Source: Bacteroidales bacterium
Lineage (GTDB): Bacteria > Bacteroidota > Bacteroidia > Bacteroidales > UBA4417
Length of the DNA: 60,769 nucleotides
Reading direction: 5' to 3'
Assembly: GCA_038249705.1 (NCBI GenBank)
Contig: JBBSDC010000004.1
Location: 1-60,769 of the forward strand
The position numbers were made by a program, and so were the translations under genes. Under the pieces are notes generated by a model. It made no database searches. It saw only the letters and a program-made list of their open reading frames with translations, and was not told the DNA's origin. Below are positions 20,074-29,788 of the stretch, in pieces (the stretch's first letter is position 1; every line of letters starts with the position of its first letter).

Positions 20074-21126
20074 ATGAAAAATATCTATAAGTCGATAACA
20101 GCAGTCCTCCTGACAGCAGTAATGATTCTTCCGCTGGCTACTATAGCCGGTAATAAGGACAGGTCAGGACAGGCAGGAGCATCGGAACTTCTCATTAATC
20201 CCTGGGCACGCAGTTCAGGTTGGGGCGGAGTAAATATTGCCAATAGTTTCGGTCTCGAAAGTATTTACACCAATGTAGCCGGACTGGCTTTTACACCTAA
20301 AACTGAACTTATCTTCAGCAATACACAATGGCTTAAAGGTTCCCAAATCGGAATCAACAATTTTGGTTTTGCCCAAAAAGTCGGCGAATCGAGTGTGTTG
20401 GGTGTTTCAATTATGGCGATGAGTTTCGGGGATATTCCTGTAACCACCACCGAAATACCTGAAGGCGGAATTGGTACTTTTACACCTTCGTACCTCAATA
20501 TTAATATTGCTTATGCCAAAGCATTCTCCAATTCAATTTACGGGGGATTTAATTTCAAGATTATTTCCGAATCCATAAGTGATGTTGGCGCACAAGGTGT
20601 AGCTGTAGATGCAGGTATTCAATATGTTACTGGTGAACGTGAAAATATTCACTTTGGTATTTCGTTGAAAAATATTGGCCCAACCATGAAGTTTAAAGGT
20701 GATGGACTTTCTATCCGTAGTTTTTTGCCAGGACAGGAAAGCCAATTTACTCTTGAGCATCGTTCAGCTGAATTCGAATTGCCATCGCAATTGAATATCG
20801 GCGGATCCTATGCATTTCTGATCAGCGATATACATTCTCTTACTCTAGCAGCAGCTTTTACTTCGAATGCATTCAGTAAAGACCAGTATATGATTGGTGC
20901 TGAATACAATTTGAAAGACTACCTGATGCTTCGCGGTGGATACACATACGAAGAAGGTATAACTACCAAAGAACGCACAACTTCTCTTACCGGACCTTCA
21001 GGTGGAGTTTCTGTTCAGGTACCCATCAACAAAGAAAAGAAATCAGTATTCTCAGTTGATTATTCTTATAGGGCTACCAATCCTTTTAAAGGAAGCCACA
21101 CTATGGCTGTAAGGCTTAGTTTCTAA
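20074..21126 (+). CDS. PorV/PorQ-family outer-membrane barrel
   Basis: GQAGASELLINPWARSSGWGG..IYTNVAGLA N-terminal motif, GISLKNIGP, LPSQLNIG, C-terminal HTMAVRLSF. Confidence 0.82.
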   Translation: MKNIYKSITAVLLTAVMILPLATIAGNKDRSGQAGASELLINPWARSSGWGGVNIANSFGLESIYTNVAGLAFTPKTELIFSNTQWLKGSQIGINNFGFAQKVGESSVLGVSIMAMSFGDIPVTTTEIPEGGIGTFTPSYLNINIAYAKAFSNSIYGGFNFKIISESISDVGAQGVAVDAGIQYVTGERENIHFGISLKNIGPTMKFKGDGLSIRSFLPGQESQFTLEHRSAEFELPSQLNIGGSYAFLISDIHSLTLAAAFTSNAFSKDQYMIGAEYNLKDYLMLRGGYTYEEGITTKERTTSLTGPSGGVSVQVPINKEKKSVFSVDYSYRATNPFKGSHTMAVRLSF

Positions 21127-21173
21127 AATAATTCCGGCAGACAGTGTCTGCACACGTAGTAACATCATAGCTG

Positions 21174-21206
21174 AAAGGACCCTTTTAATTAAGGGTCTTT
21201 TCTTCT
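21174..21206 (+). terminator. Intrinsic terminator closing the TBDR-CTD-PorV operon
   Basis: AAAGGACCCTT-TTAATT-AAGGGTCTTT followed by a T-rich tract. Confidence 0.7.
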
Positions 21207-21239
21207 TATTATTATTAACCAAAACCAATTGCTACCGTT

Positions 21240-21716
21240 ATGACACAGGTAACATATTATACCAAAGAAGGATTCGAGAAACTCAAAACTGTGCTTGAAA
21301 ATCTGATAAATATCGAACGTCCATCTATTTCGTTACAGATAGCCGATGCCCGCGATAAAGGAGATCTTTCGGAAAATGCCGAATACGATGCCGCTAAAAA
21401 TGCACAGGGAATGCTTGAAATGCGTATTTCGAAGCTTCAGGATATGCTGCGCAATGCCCGTATTATTGATGAATCGAAAATGGATGCATCAAAAGTTCAG
21501 ATTTTATCTACCGTTAAAATCAAAAATCTGAAAAATAATGCCGAAATGACATACACACTTGTTCCCGAAAACGAAGCTGACCTTAAAGCCGGAAAAATAT
21601 CCGTTTCGTCGCCTATTGCCAAAGGTTTACTTGGGAAATCCAAAGGAAACAAAGTGGAAATAGCCATTCCGGCAGGGTCAATATCAGTACAAATTATTGA
21701 AATAACCGTTAAATAA
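21240..21716 (+). CDS. greA: Transcription elongation factor GreA
   Basis: ARDKGDLSENAEYDAAK, KISVSSPIAKGLLGK. Confidence 0.96.
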   Translation: MTQVTYYTKEGFEKLKTVLENLINIERPSISLQIADARDKGDLSENAEYDAAKNAQGMLEMRISKLQDMLRNARIIDESKMDASKVQILSTVKIKNLKNNAEMTYTLVPENEADLKAGKISVSSPIAKGLLGKSKGNKVEIAIPAGSISVQIIEITVK

Positions 21717-21723
21717 TTGAGTT

Positions 21724-22122
21724 ATGGCAGGAATATTTGGACGTATTGCCTCCGGCGAAATTCCATCGCATAAGGTAGCTGAGAACGAACAGTTTTTCGC
21801 TTTCCTCGATATCAACCCGCTGGCCAAAGGCCATGTGTTGGTAATTCCGAAACAGGAAGTTGATTACATCTTTGACATAGAAGATCAAATGTACCAGGAT
21901 CTCTGGCTTTTTGCTCTGAAAGTGGCCAAAGCGATAAAAAAAGTTGTTCCCTGCATCAAAGTAGGTGTTGCCGTAATTGGCCTCGAAGTACCACATGCTC
22001 ATATACACCTGGTTCCATTAAATACGATGGATGATATCAATTTCAGCAGGCCGAAACTTACTTTCCCGGCTGAAGAAATGAAACAATTGGCTGAAGAAAT
22101 TGCTGCTGCCATTCAGGTGTGA
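21724..22122 (+). CDS. HIT family protein
   Basis: AFLDINPLAKGHVLVIPK, HAHIHLVP histidine triad. Confidence 0.93.
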   Translation: MAGIFGRIASGEIPSHKVAENEQFFAFLDINPLAKGHVLVIPKQEVDYIFDIEDQMYQDLWLFALKVAKAIKKVVPCIKVGVAVIGLEVPHAHIHLVPLNTMDDINFSRPKLTFPAEEMKQLAEEIAAAIQV

Positions 22123-22140
22123 AAATAATTAATCAAGATT

Positions 22141-22175
22141 AAAAATCCGCTTTCCCGTAAGGCGGATTTTTTTTT
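22141..22175. terminator. Bidirectional intrinsic terminator between convergent HIT and pabC
   Basis: AAAAATCCGCTTT-loop-AAGGCGGATTTTTTTTT. Confidence 0.8.
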
Positions 22176-22194
22176 ATCGGATTTTCGACCTGAG

Positions 22195-22794
22195 TCAGAA
22201 ATGAATATTAGTTGCCTTGATATCAGTTCCCGTTTGAAATGGAAGCATAGCGTTTATTAACCTGGCAATGGTAAATTTTTTAAGGTCATCGACTTTAATA
22301 TCAGCTTTTTGAATAATATTGGTTTTTAAAAGTGATTCGCACATTGTACCCCGAAGTAGTGGCCGGGCAGGTGTAACCCATTTATCTCCATCAAAAAAAA
22401 CTATATTCGAAAAACTGGTATCTGTCAAAAAACCGTCTTTTACAATTAATATATCATCACAATCACCACGCATAGCCAGTAATTCAAGCAAATGCGAACG
22501 ATCCGAAAATTTATGATCGTAGGAAATTGTATTATCTTCAACAAGTTTAACCGATTCTATAAACCGTTTATGGTAAGGAATAATTTCAATATTTTCAATT
22601 GCTGCATCATAGGTTAATTTGCATTTATAAATACCTGTCCGACAATGTGATGGAGCCAAAAGCAGGTTTTCGAGGCATAGCTGATCCTTTTTTCCAAAAT
22701 GGAATTCTCTGCTTTTATTGAATCTGAGATTATGATATTCCAGATTTATAAAAACACCATCTTGCAGCCTTATAGTTTCAAATAAAAGGGACAT
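22195..22794 (-). CDS. pabC: Class IV aminotransferase, probable 4-amino-4-deoxychorismate lyase
   Basis: LFETIRL, YDHKFSDRS, TDTSFSNI, WVTPARPLLRGT, LINAM; overlaps the pabB stop; start moved to ATG 22794. Confidence 0.75.
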   Translation of the reverse strand: MSLLFETIRLQDGVFINLEYHNLRFNKSREFHFGKKDQLCLENLLLAPSHCRTGIYKCKLTYDAAIENIEIIPYHKRFIESVKLVEDNTISYDHKFSDRSHLLELLAMRGDCDDILIVKDGFLTDTSFSNIVFFDGDKWVTPARPLLRGTMCESLLKTNIIQKADIKVDDLKKFTIARLINAMLPFQTGTDIKATNIHF

Positions 22795-23755
22795 ACACCT
22801 TATCAATTAATTCGTTGTACTCCGCTGAAGGATTGCTGTTTATAGTTATACCACCACCGCTGCAGAATATCAGTTTCCCGTTTTCATTATGAATAAACCT
22901 GATCATAACGCCCGAATCGAGTGTTGAACCATTAAAATAACCAAAAACACCGGTATAAAATCCCCGTGAAAAGTTTTCAGCATCACGGATAATCTGTAGT
23001 GTTTTATTTTTAGGTGCGCCAGAAATAGACCCAGCCGGAAGGAGTTTTTCGAAAATAGTTCCTAACTCAGCCTGGTAAGTAAGTGGTAAAGTTCCCGAAA
23101 TCCGGGAGCTTACCTGAAGCAATGTTTTCTCGTGAGTAACAATTTTTTCGATGTAACGGAAACGCTCAACCTGCACATCTGTAGCAACCATACTCAGGTC
23201 GTTACGAATGAGATCTACAATAGTATAATGCTCAGCAGTTTCTTTAGCATCATTCATAATCTTTTCTTCAGCACCTGGTATAGACGCATCAATTGTGCCT
23301 TTCATAGGGAAAGAACTAATTTTTCCATTGTTGATCTGAACAAATATTTCGGGTGAAAAAACGACAAACTGGTCACCAAATAACAGTCGGTAGCGAGCCT
23401 TGCTTCGGGCAAATATTTCGTGAAGCGAAGCATTTATATGGATAGGAGTCGGAAATGTCAGATTAGTGAGGTAAGTGTTTCCCGCCAGGAGATTCCGATA
23501 TACAATACCGAAAGCTTCATCATATACGTGCTTTGCCACTGGCTTTTTCGCAATGGTAACCGGTTTACCGAAGATTACGCAATCTGCAGAATTCCCAAAA
23601 CCATTGATATTATATAAAATTCCGGAATTTTCAGCTTTTGCAGGTTCAAAAAAGAATCCGTTTTTTACATCAAAATCAATCCCAAAAAGAAATGGTTTAT
23701 GCTGGCTTCCATACTCATTCATCAGATCAAAAACTTTTTTGGCGGGAATCAACAT
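22778..23755 (-). CDS. pabB: Aminodeoxychorismate synthase component I
   Basis: GNTYLTNLT, FSPEIF, PMKGT, KETAEHYTIVDLIRNDL, LLPAGSISGAPK, RGFYTGVFG, GGGIT. Confidence 0.9.
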   Translation of the reverse strand: MLIPAKKVFDLMNEYGSQHKPFLFGIDFDVKNGFFFEPAKAENSGILYNINGFGNSADCVIFGKPVTIAKKPVAKHVYDEAFGIVYRNLLAGNTYLTNLTFPTPIHINASLHEIFARSKARYRLLFGDQFVVFSPEIFVQINNGKISSFPMKGTIDASIPGAEEKIMNDAKETAEHYTIVDLIRNDLSMVATDVQVERFRYIEKIVTHEKTLLQVSSRISGTLPLTYQAELGTIFEKLLPAGSISGAPKNKTLQIIRDAENFSRGFYTGVFGYFNGSTLDSGVMIRFIHNENGKLIFCSGGGITINSNPSAEYNELIDKVYVPFI

Positions 23756-23778
23756 GTGGAAGAATGTTTAGCGGTCGA

Positions 23779-23816
23779 CAAAATTACCAATAAACTGTCA
23801 GTATTCTCTATTTTTG
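23779..23816. promoter_or_regulatory. Back-to-back -7 elements: TAATTTTG (minus, 23779-23786) and TATTTTTG (plus, 23809-23816)
   Basis: Two TAnnTTTG matches in the 78-bp gap between divergent pabB and pabA. Confidence 0.55.
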
Positions 23817-23833
23817 CATTTTCAACTTCCGGA

Positions 23834-24400
23834 ATGCATATACTGCTTATTGATAATTATGATTCGTTTACATGGAATCTGCATCAGCTTTTAGTAAAGG
23901 CTGGTGTTAAAAACATAGTTGTTGTTAAAAACGATATGGTTATTCCGCAGCAGATTATCAGTGCTGATGCAATTGTTTTTTCTCCCGGGCCCGGATTACC
24001 CAACGAAGCAGGAATGATGAAGGAAACGATCCGGAATTATGCTGGTACAAAAAAGATGCTGGGCATTTGCCTTGGCCATCAGGCTATTGCAGAAGTATTT
24101 GGCGCCAGCTTGGTGCAGGCCGATAAAATTTTTCATGGCACGGCAAGCCCTCTGCATATCCTGGAGCAAACCAGTATATTCAGCAGTGTGCCTGAAAATG
24201 TGTTGGTTGGGAGGTATCACTCCTGGGTAGTTGATACTTATGGCTTTCCTAAGGAGCTACTTATAACGGCAACAGATCACAAAGGTGTGATTATGGCATT
24301 GAGGCATAAAACGATGGATATCACTGGAGTACAATTTCATCCGGAATCTATTTTAACTCCGGCAGGGGAAAAGATGATGCGCAACTGGATGAGGTATTAG
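23834..24400 (+). CDS. pabA: Glutamine amidotransferase component II (PabA/TrpG)
   Basis: LLIDNYDSFTWNL, SPGPG, LGICLGHQAI, RYHS, GVQFHPESILT; start moved to ATG 23834; adjacent to pabBC. Confidence 0.82.
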   Translation: MHILLIDNYDSFTWNLHQLLVKAGVKNIVVVKNDMVIPQQIISADAIVFSPGPGLPNEAGMMKETIRNYAGTKKMLGICLGHQAIAEVFGASLVQADKIFHGTASPLHILEQTSIFSSVPENVLVGRYHSWVVDTYGFPKELLITATDHKGVIMALRHKTMDITGVQFHPESILTPAGEKMMRNWMRY

Positions 24401-24415
24401 CGATAAAACAACATC

Positions 24416-26317
24416 TCAATAAGCTCTCTCGTTCCTGCCTTCAATAAAATTGATAAAAGATTTATTTACCACTTTATTTCCTCCCGGGGTTGGATATTTG
24501 CCTGTAAAATACCAGTCACCGGTATGATTGGGTATGGCCTGGTGCAAATCTTCGATGGTTTGATACACAATTGCCACTTCAGCTTTACAGCCTGGCGGAG
24601 TTACCAGCTGGGCTATTTTTGCTGAAATCTGCTGAGGTGTAAACAGGTCGTAGATTTCTTTTACATGGTTAACAACCTGTTCTTTAGGTAATTTTTCCTG
24701 AGCTTTACATTTTTTATACACTTCGTTCAGAATTTCATTCTGATGACTCTCTTTCAATAATTCAATCGTGGCTGTGAAAGCAATAAAATCAGTTATTTTG
24801 GCCATATCTATCCCGTAGCAATCGGGATAACGAATCTGAGGAGCTGACGAAGCAATAACAATCTTTTTGGGACCCAGCCTGTCGAGCATGCGAATGATAC
24901 TTTGTTTTAAGGTAGTGCCTCGTACAATTGAATCGTCGAGAACAACAAGGTTATCAATACCGCGTCGGATTGTTCCGTAGGTTACATCATATACATGTGC
25001 AACAAGGTCGTTGCGTTGGGAGTCCTGAGTGATAAAAGTGCGCAGTTTTATATCTTTTACAGCTACTTTCTCAATCCTGGGTTTCAGTTTAAAAATTTGC
25101 TGCAATTGTTCGCGGGTTATGGCCGAACCAGCCTGAAGAATTTTATCCGATTTAATCTGGTCACAAACATTGTTGAGTTCCTCAACCAATCCATAAAATG
25201 CAGATGCTGCAGTATTGGGAATATAGCTGAAAACTGTATTCTGCAGGTCGTGACCCACTTCGGACAATACATTATGCGTTAATGCACTTCCTAAACGTTT
25301 GCGTTCGTTATAAATTTCTTTATCGGTGCCACGGCTGAAATAAATCCGTTCAAACGAGCACGAACGCCTTTCAGCCGGTTGTTTGATCTGTTCTTCGGTT
25401 ACGGTTCCATCGCGGCGTATGATAAGTGCATGGCCAGGTTTTACTTCATGAACGTCGTCGTAAAGCACATTTAAAGTAGTTTGTATAACCGGGCGTTCGG
25501 AAGCGGCAACAACAATTTCGTCATCCTTGTACCAGAAAGCGGGACGTATCCCGATAGGATCGCGTAAAATAAAAGCGTCGCCATGACCAATCATTCCGGC
25601 AATGGCATAACCGCCATCCCAATGTTCGGATGATTCGGACAGCAAGTCCTTAATATCCAGATTTTTAGCAATAAGCTCAGTACTTTCCTGTTTATTAAAA
25701 CCTTCTTTTTTGAAGCGATGGTAAAGGTTTTCGTTTGACTCATCGAGGAAATGACCAATTTTTTCAAGAATAGTGACAGTATCAGATGTTTCAACCGGAT
25801 ATTGTCCGAACTCAACCAGGCGTTGAAATAACTCCTCAACATTAGTCATGTTAAAATTACCGGCTAAAACGAGATTACGGGTCATCCAGTTATTGTAACG
25901 CACAACAGGATGCAGATTTTCGATATTATTTGTCCCGAAAGTTCCATACCTGAGGTGCCCCATGAAAACTTCGCTGTAAAAAGGAACGTTTTTCTTAAGC
26001 CACACAGCATCATCGAGTTTTGCCGGATCTTTTCGCTGAATATCCTGAAAAGGCTTGTATATCTGTTTGAAAATATCATCAATAGGAGCTGCTGCGTTCG
26101 ACCGTACCCTGTCAATATACCTACTACCCGGATTCACATTCAGCTTTATGCTTGCTACACCAGCTCCATCCTGACCGCGGTTATGCTGTTTTTCCATCAG
26201 AAGATGTAACTTATTGATACCATAAAGTGTGGTGCCATATCTTGAATAATAATATTCGAGCGGCTTAAGAAGCCTGATAAAAGCAATTCCACATTCATGT
26301 TTTATTTGTTCACTCAT
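24416..26317 (-). CDS. purF: Amidophosphoribosyltransferase, long form
   Basis: IKHECG (Ntn Cys), QHNRGQDGAG, GHLRYGT, RDPIGIRP, CSFERIYF, VVLDDSIVRGTT, YPDCYGIDM. Confidence 0.88.
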   Translation of the reverse strand: MSEQIKHECGIAFIRLLKPLEYYYSRYGTTLYGINKLHLLMEKQHNRGQDGAGVASIKLNVNPGSRYIDRVRSNAAAPIDDIFKQIYKPFQDIQRKDPAKLDDAVWLKKNVPFYSEVFMGHLRYGTFGTNNIENLHPVVRYNNWMTRNLVLAGNFNMTNVEELFQRLVEFGQYPVETSDTVTILEKIGHFLDESNENLYHRFKKEGFNKQESTELIAKNLDIKDLLSESSEHWDGGYAIAGMIGHGDAFILRDPIGIRPAFWYKDDEIVVAASERPVIQTTLNVLYDDVHEVKPGHALIIRRDGTVTEEQIKQPAERRSCSFERIYFSRGTDKEIYNERKRLGSALTHNVLSEVGHDLQNTVFSYIPNTAASAFYGLVEELNNVCDQIKSDKILQAGSAITREQLQQIFKLKPRIEKVAVKDIKLRTFITQDSQRNDLVAHVYDVTYGTIRRGIDNLVVLDDSIVRGTTLKQSIIRMLDRLGPKKIVIASSAPQIRYPDCYGIDMAKITDFIAFTATIELLKESHQNEILNEVYKKCKAQEKLPKEQVVNHVKEIYDLFTPQQISAKIAQLVTPPGCKAEVAIVYQTIEDLHQAIPNHTGDWYFTGKYPTPGGNKVVNKSFINFIEGRNERAY

Positions 26318-26376
26318 GGGTTAGATGTTGCGGTTGGAAATGATAAATGTTGAAACAAACCTATAGTCAGAAAACG

Positions 26377-26426
26377 AAAAAGAAACAGCAGCAGGGGAAG
26401 AAATGTTTAATTTCCCCCTGTTGTTG
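26377..26426 (-). terminator. Probable intrinsic terminator
   Basis: Minus strand CAACAACAGGGGGAA-loop-TTCCCCTGCTGCTG then TTTCTTTTT; imperfect stem. Confidence 0.5.
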
Positions 26427-26463
26427 ATCATAAGTAGTTCATTAATGCTAAGTTTGGTTGAAG

Positions 26464-27645
26464 TTAATTTTTAATCAGCTTTTTACTGCCGGCATATCCC
26501 TCTCTTGTGTAAAAAAGCAACACGTAAGTTCCTTTTGCAAATGAACTCACATCAAAGGTAATTGGATTGCCGGATGATGTTTCACGATCAATTATTTTGC
26601 TTCCGGTAAGAGTTATCATGCTAATGCGGAGGATGTTCGCGGGTATTTCGACAGATACAATACTCTGAGCCGGATTTGGAAATACATGTACCTGATCCAT
26701 CAAGGCGCTTTCAGGTATTCCGAATGGGGTTCCCTGATCGTTGTAAAAGCAGGTGTAAGTGTATTTCCCTTCCTCTATAACCCACACCCTGTTTGGCTGT
26801 CCATAGGGAAACTCAACAATGGAATCGTTCCAGGTGCTGTTGATGCGGAATTTAAATTCAAGGCGGTCGCCAGGTAAAAAACCAGGTATGGTGATGGAAT
26901 ATATGGCTGAATCCGTTGCCGGAACAATGGATAAAATATGCCTGGTGCCATCAAAATTATTGAAAGTCCCAGCCACATCTACTGTGTCGGTGCGGGGATT
27001 GAACAAGCTTTCGGCAATGTATTCCGACATATTTACGAAAAAATTCAGACTATGAAACTGAGTTGTTGTTTCCGTAACAGCTATATCATCAATGGCCAAT
27101 TTATCACCTCCTTCAGCAGTGGTAAGCCGGAATCCGATAAAAACTACCTGACTTGCATATCCTGCAGCAGCCAAATCAAGTTCCTGTGCTTCGAAAGCTG
27201 AGGATTGCGATGACGAAAACAGCGCTGCCCGCGGATTGAACAGACAACCGCTGACTGATTGTTCGGTACTTGAAATATAAACCTCATACGTATCGGTTGT
27301 ACCTGAAGTAAGCGAAAGGCTTTTAAAAGTAAGTACCGATTTTTCGCCAAGACGAATAGCTGGTGTAATAAACCAATCGTCGGCTGCAACAGCTGTATCA
27401 TAATCTGATGTTGCAACTGCAGCATGGTTGTTTCCTGTTCCAACAGTGGTTACAATCCATGGAACTGTTTTAAGTGTATCCCATTCAGTACCTGCCGGAT
27501 CTAATTTATCGAGATTTGCCCGAACATAATTTTGAAAAAGACTGGCTGTATCCTCGAAATTCTGAGAATAAACAACCTGCTGGGCATTTGCTGAAGCAAT
27601 AGTTGCCAGGATAAACATGACTGCAATAGAAATTTTTCGCATCAT
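26464..27645 (-). CDS. T9SS type A cargo with cleaved-adhesin (choice-of-anchor J)-like domain and CBM-like module
   Basis: Signal peptide from MMRKISI ending ANA/Q; ADDWFITP..AIDDI; FFVNM..VDVAGTFNNF..EFKFRIN; CTD VFPNPA..GTYVL..KKLIKN. Confidence 0.72.
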   Translation of the reverse strand: MMRKISIAVMFILATIASANAQQVVYSQNFEDTASLFQNYVRANLDKLDPAGTEWDTLKTVPWIVTTVGTGNNHAAVATSDYDTAVAADDWFITPAIRLGEKSVLTFKSLSLTSGTTDTYEVYISSTEQSVSGCLFNPRAALFSSSQSSAFEAQELDLAAAGYASQVVFIGFRLTTAEGGDKLAIDDIAVTETTTQFHSLNFFVNMSEYIAESLFNPRTDTVDVAGTFNNFDGTRHILSIVPATDSAIYSITIPGFLPGDRLEFKFRINSTWNDSIVEFPYGQPNRVWVIEEGKYTYTCFYNDQGTPFGIPESALMDQVHVFPNPAQSIVSVEIPANILRISMITLTGSKIIDRETSSGNPITFDVSSFAKGTYVLLFYTREGYAGSKKLIKN

Positions 27646-28046
27646 AAAGTTAAAATGAGTAACGCTGCAAAATTGATTGTTGATGTAATAATTTGTTAAA
27701 CAAGTATTTATCGACAATTTGAAACTGGCAGGTTCGTTTGAAAAGTGCAAATTTACAAATTCCGCAACAATATAAAGGTGCTGAACAAATATAGGGTCCG
27801 GGAGTTATCTAATATTAGGAAATTTTAACGTTAATTTGCTTAACTTTCCTGCTGGCTTACTGTTTAATCAAACTTACAATGCGAATGAACTCAGCAGGAA
27901 AAACACGCCGATCCGGAGTGCCGGAAGTTCATAGATTCAGCATATTCGATTACAAAATTCCGAAAATTAATGTTCCGGATTTCAGGGTTTTAAAGATCCC
28001 ATATTCCGACTCATCTTTCAAAAAAATTAATTCTTACCATTAAAAA

Positions 28047-29204
28047 ATGCGAACAGTGCAGTTTCTTATTTTTTTTAGTATTGTTATACTGATTTACAGT
28101 CTGGTTAATTATTACATCTACATCCGCGGCATGCAGGCTTTGCCACAAGAGATGGCTTTCAGAAGATGGTATCCGTGGATTTTTCTTTTTTTATCCTCGT
28201 CATACCTTATTGGCAGATTTCTGGAACGGGTATGGATTTCGCCTGTAAGCACATTTTTTACTTTTACAGGATCATTCTGGCTGGCTTTTATGATTTATTT
28301 CCTCATGGCTGTTGTGGTAATTGACATTGTGAGGATTGTGATATTCTTTCTGCCCGGTAAGCCCGGATTCCTGTTAAATAATTATGCGGATTTTAAGAAA
28401 TATCTGTTCATGGCAGTTGTGGCCATAACAGGAATAATCGTTTTGGTGGGTCATATTAATGCATTGACTCCCAGGGTAACACGTCTCGATATGCGTATTA
28501 ATAAAAAGGCCGGGCCAATGAAGACCCTGCATATAGCCGCGGCTTCGGATATTCACATGGGTACGTTAGTTGGGCCAAGGCGTACCGCGAAACTCGTAAA
28601 AATGATTAACGAAAGAAATGCAGACATAATATTATTGGCAGGAGATATTGTAGATGAGGATCTTGCGCCTGTTATAAAGTACGACCTTGGTCGCTCACTG
28701 GTAAAACTCAAAGCCCCGCTTGGCGTTTACGCTATTACAGGAAACCACGAGTATATTGGAGGTGCTGAGGCAGCCGTACAGTATCTGGAAGAAAATGGTA
28801 TAAAGATGCTGAGGGATACATCAATAAAAATCAACGAAAGCTTTTATCTGGCAGGACGTAACGACCGCGATTCGAAACGATTCAGTGCCAAAGAACGAAA
28901 ATCACTTACAAAAGTATTAGAAGGCGTTGATCTTTCGCTTCCTGTGATTATGATGGATCACCAACCTTTTAATTTGCAGCAGGTTGCAGATGCAGGCGTT
29001 GATTTCCAGTTGTCGGGGCATACACACCACGGACAATTATGGCCGTTCAATTACATAACTAAAGCAATTTATGAAGTGAGTTGGGGCTACAAGCAGAAAG
29101 GCAATTCCCATTTTTACGTTTCGAGCGGTTATGGCGGCTGGGGACCACCTGTACGATCAGGAAACAGACCCGAAATACTCGATATTTATATCACTTTCAA
29201 TTAA
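28047..29204 (+). CDS. Membrane-bound metallophosphoesterase (YkuE-like)
   Basis: Four N-terminal TM segments; SDIH, GDIVD, GNHE, DHQP, SGHTHHGQ. Confidence 0.9.
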   Translation: MRTVQFLIFFSIVILIYSLVNYYIYIRGMQALPQEMAFRRWYPWIFLFLSSSYLIGRFLERVWISPVSTFFTFTGSFWLAFMIYFLMAVVVIDIVRIVIFFLPGKPGFLLNNYADFKKYLFMAVVAITGIIVLVGHINALTPRVTRLDMRINKKAGPMKTLHIAAASDIHMGTLVGPRRTAKLVKMINERNADIILLAGDIVDEDLAPVIKYDLGRSLVKLKAPLGVYAITGNHEYIGGAEAAVQYLEENGIKMLRDTSIKINESFYLAGRNDRDSKRFSAKERKSLTKVLEGVDLSLPVIMMDHQPFNLQQVADAGVDFQLSGHTHHGQLWPFNYITKAIYEVSWGYKQKGNSHFYVSSGYGGWGPPVRSGNRPEILDIYITFN

Positions 29205-29255
29205 CAGGAAATTGGAAAAACGAATTCCAGTATTTTTTGATCATACAATTCAAGC

Positions 29256-29741
29256 ATGAATCTTGCAAAGGCTTATATACATTCTTCGGTTGGCACCATC
29301 GAAATTTGTGGCAGCGAAAAGGGAATTCGTTCCATTCTATTTCTGGAAACTGATTTTGAAGTTTCAGCTATAACCGACTGTTTGAACGACTGTGTAAATC
29401 AGCTTACCGAATATTTCGACGGAAACCGCAAGCATTTTGACCTTACTCTCGATCCACAGGGTACAGATTTTCAACTAAAAGTGTGGGAGCAGCTTAAACT
29501 GATTCCTTTCGGGAAAACCATAAGTTACCGTGAACTTGCGCGAATGACGGGCAACGAATCCAATACCCGGGCAGTTGGAAATGCAAACGGTAAAAACAAA
29601 CTCAATATTGTGGTTCCATGCCACAGGGTTATAGGCAGCAATGGCAAACTCACCGGTTATGGTGGCGGTTTATGGCGCAAAGAAATTCTATTGAAATTTG
29701 AAATGGGAAATGATATGCCCGGATTATTTTCAGGGTCATAA
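29256..29741 (+). CDS. ogt: Methylated-DNA-[protein]-cysteine S-methyltransferase
   Basis: GTDFQLKVW, RAVGNANGKN, PCHRVIG, LTGYGGG. Confidence 0.93.
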   Translation: MNLAKAYIHSSVGTIEICGSEKGIRSILFLETDFEVSAITDCLNDCVNQLTEYFDGNRKHFDLTLDPQGTDFQLKVWEQLKLIPFGKTISYRELARMTGNESNTRAVGNANGKNKLNIVVPCHRVIGSNGKLTGYGGGLWRKEILLKFEMGNDMPGLFSGS

Positions 29742-29788
29742 ATCCATTAGTCCGGAAGTATCATCCGTACAAAGCGATTTGTTACTTC

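Noticed and set aside
27879-28043. 54-aa ORF ending 3 nt before the metallophosphoesterase, same frame
   Set aside because: No recognisable motif or composition signal; could be chance. A homology search would be needed
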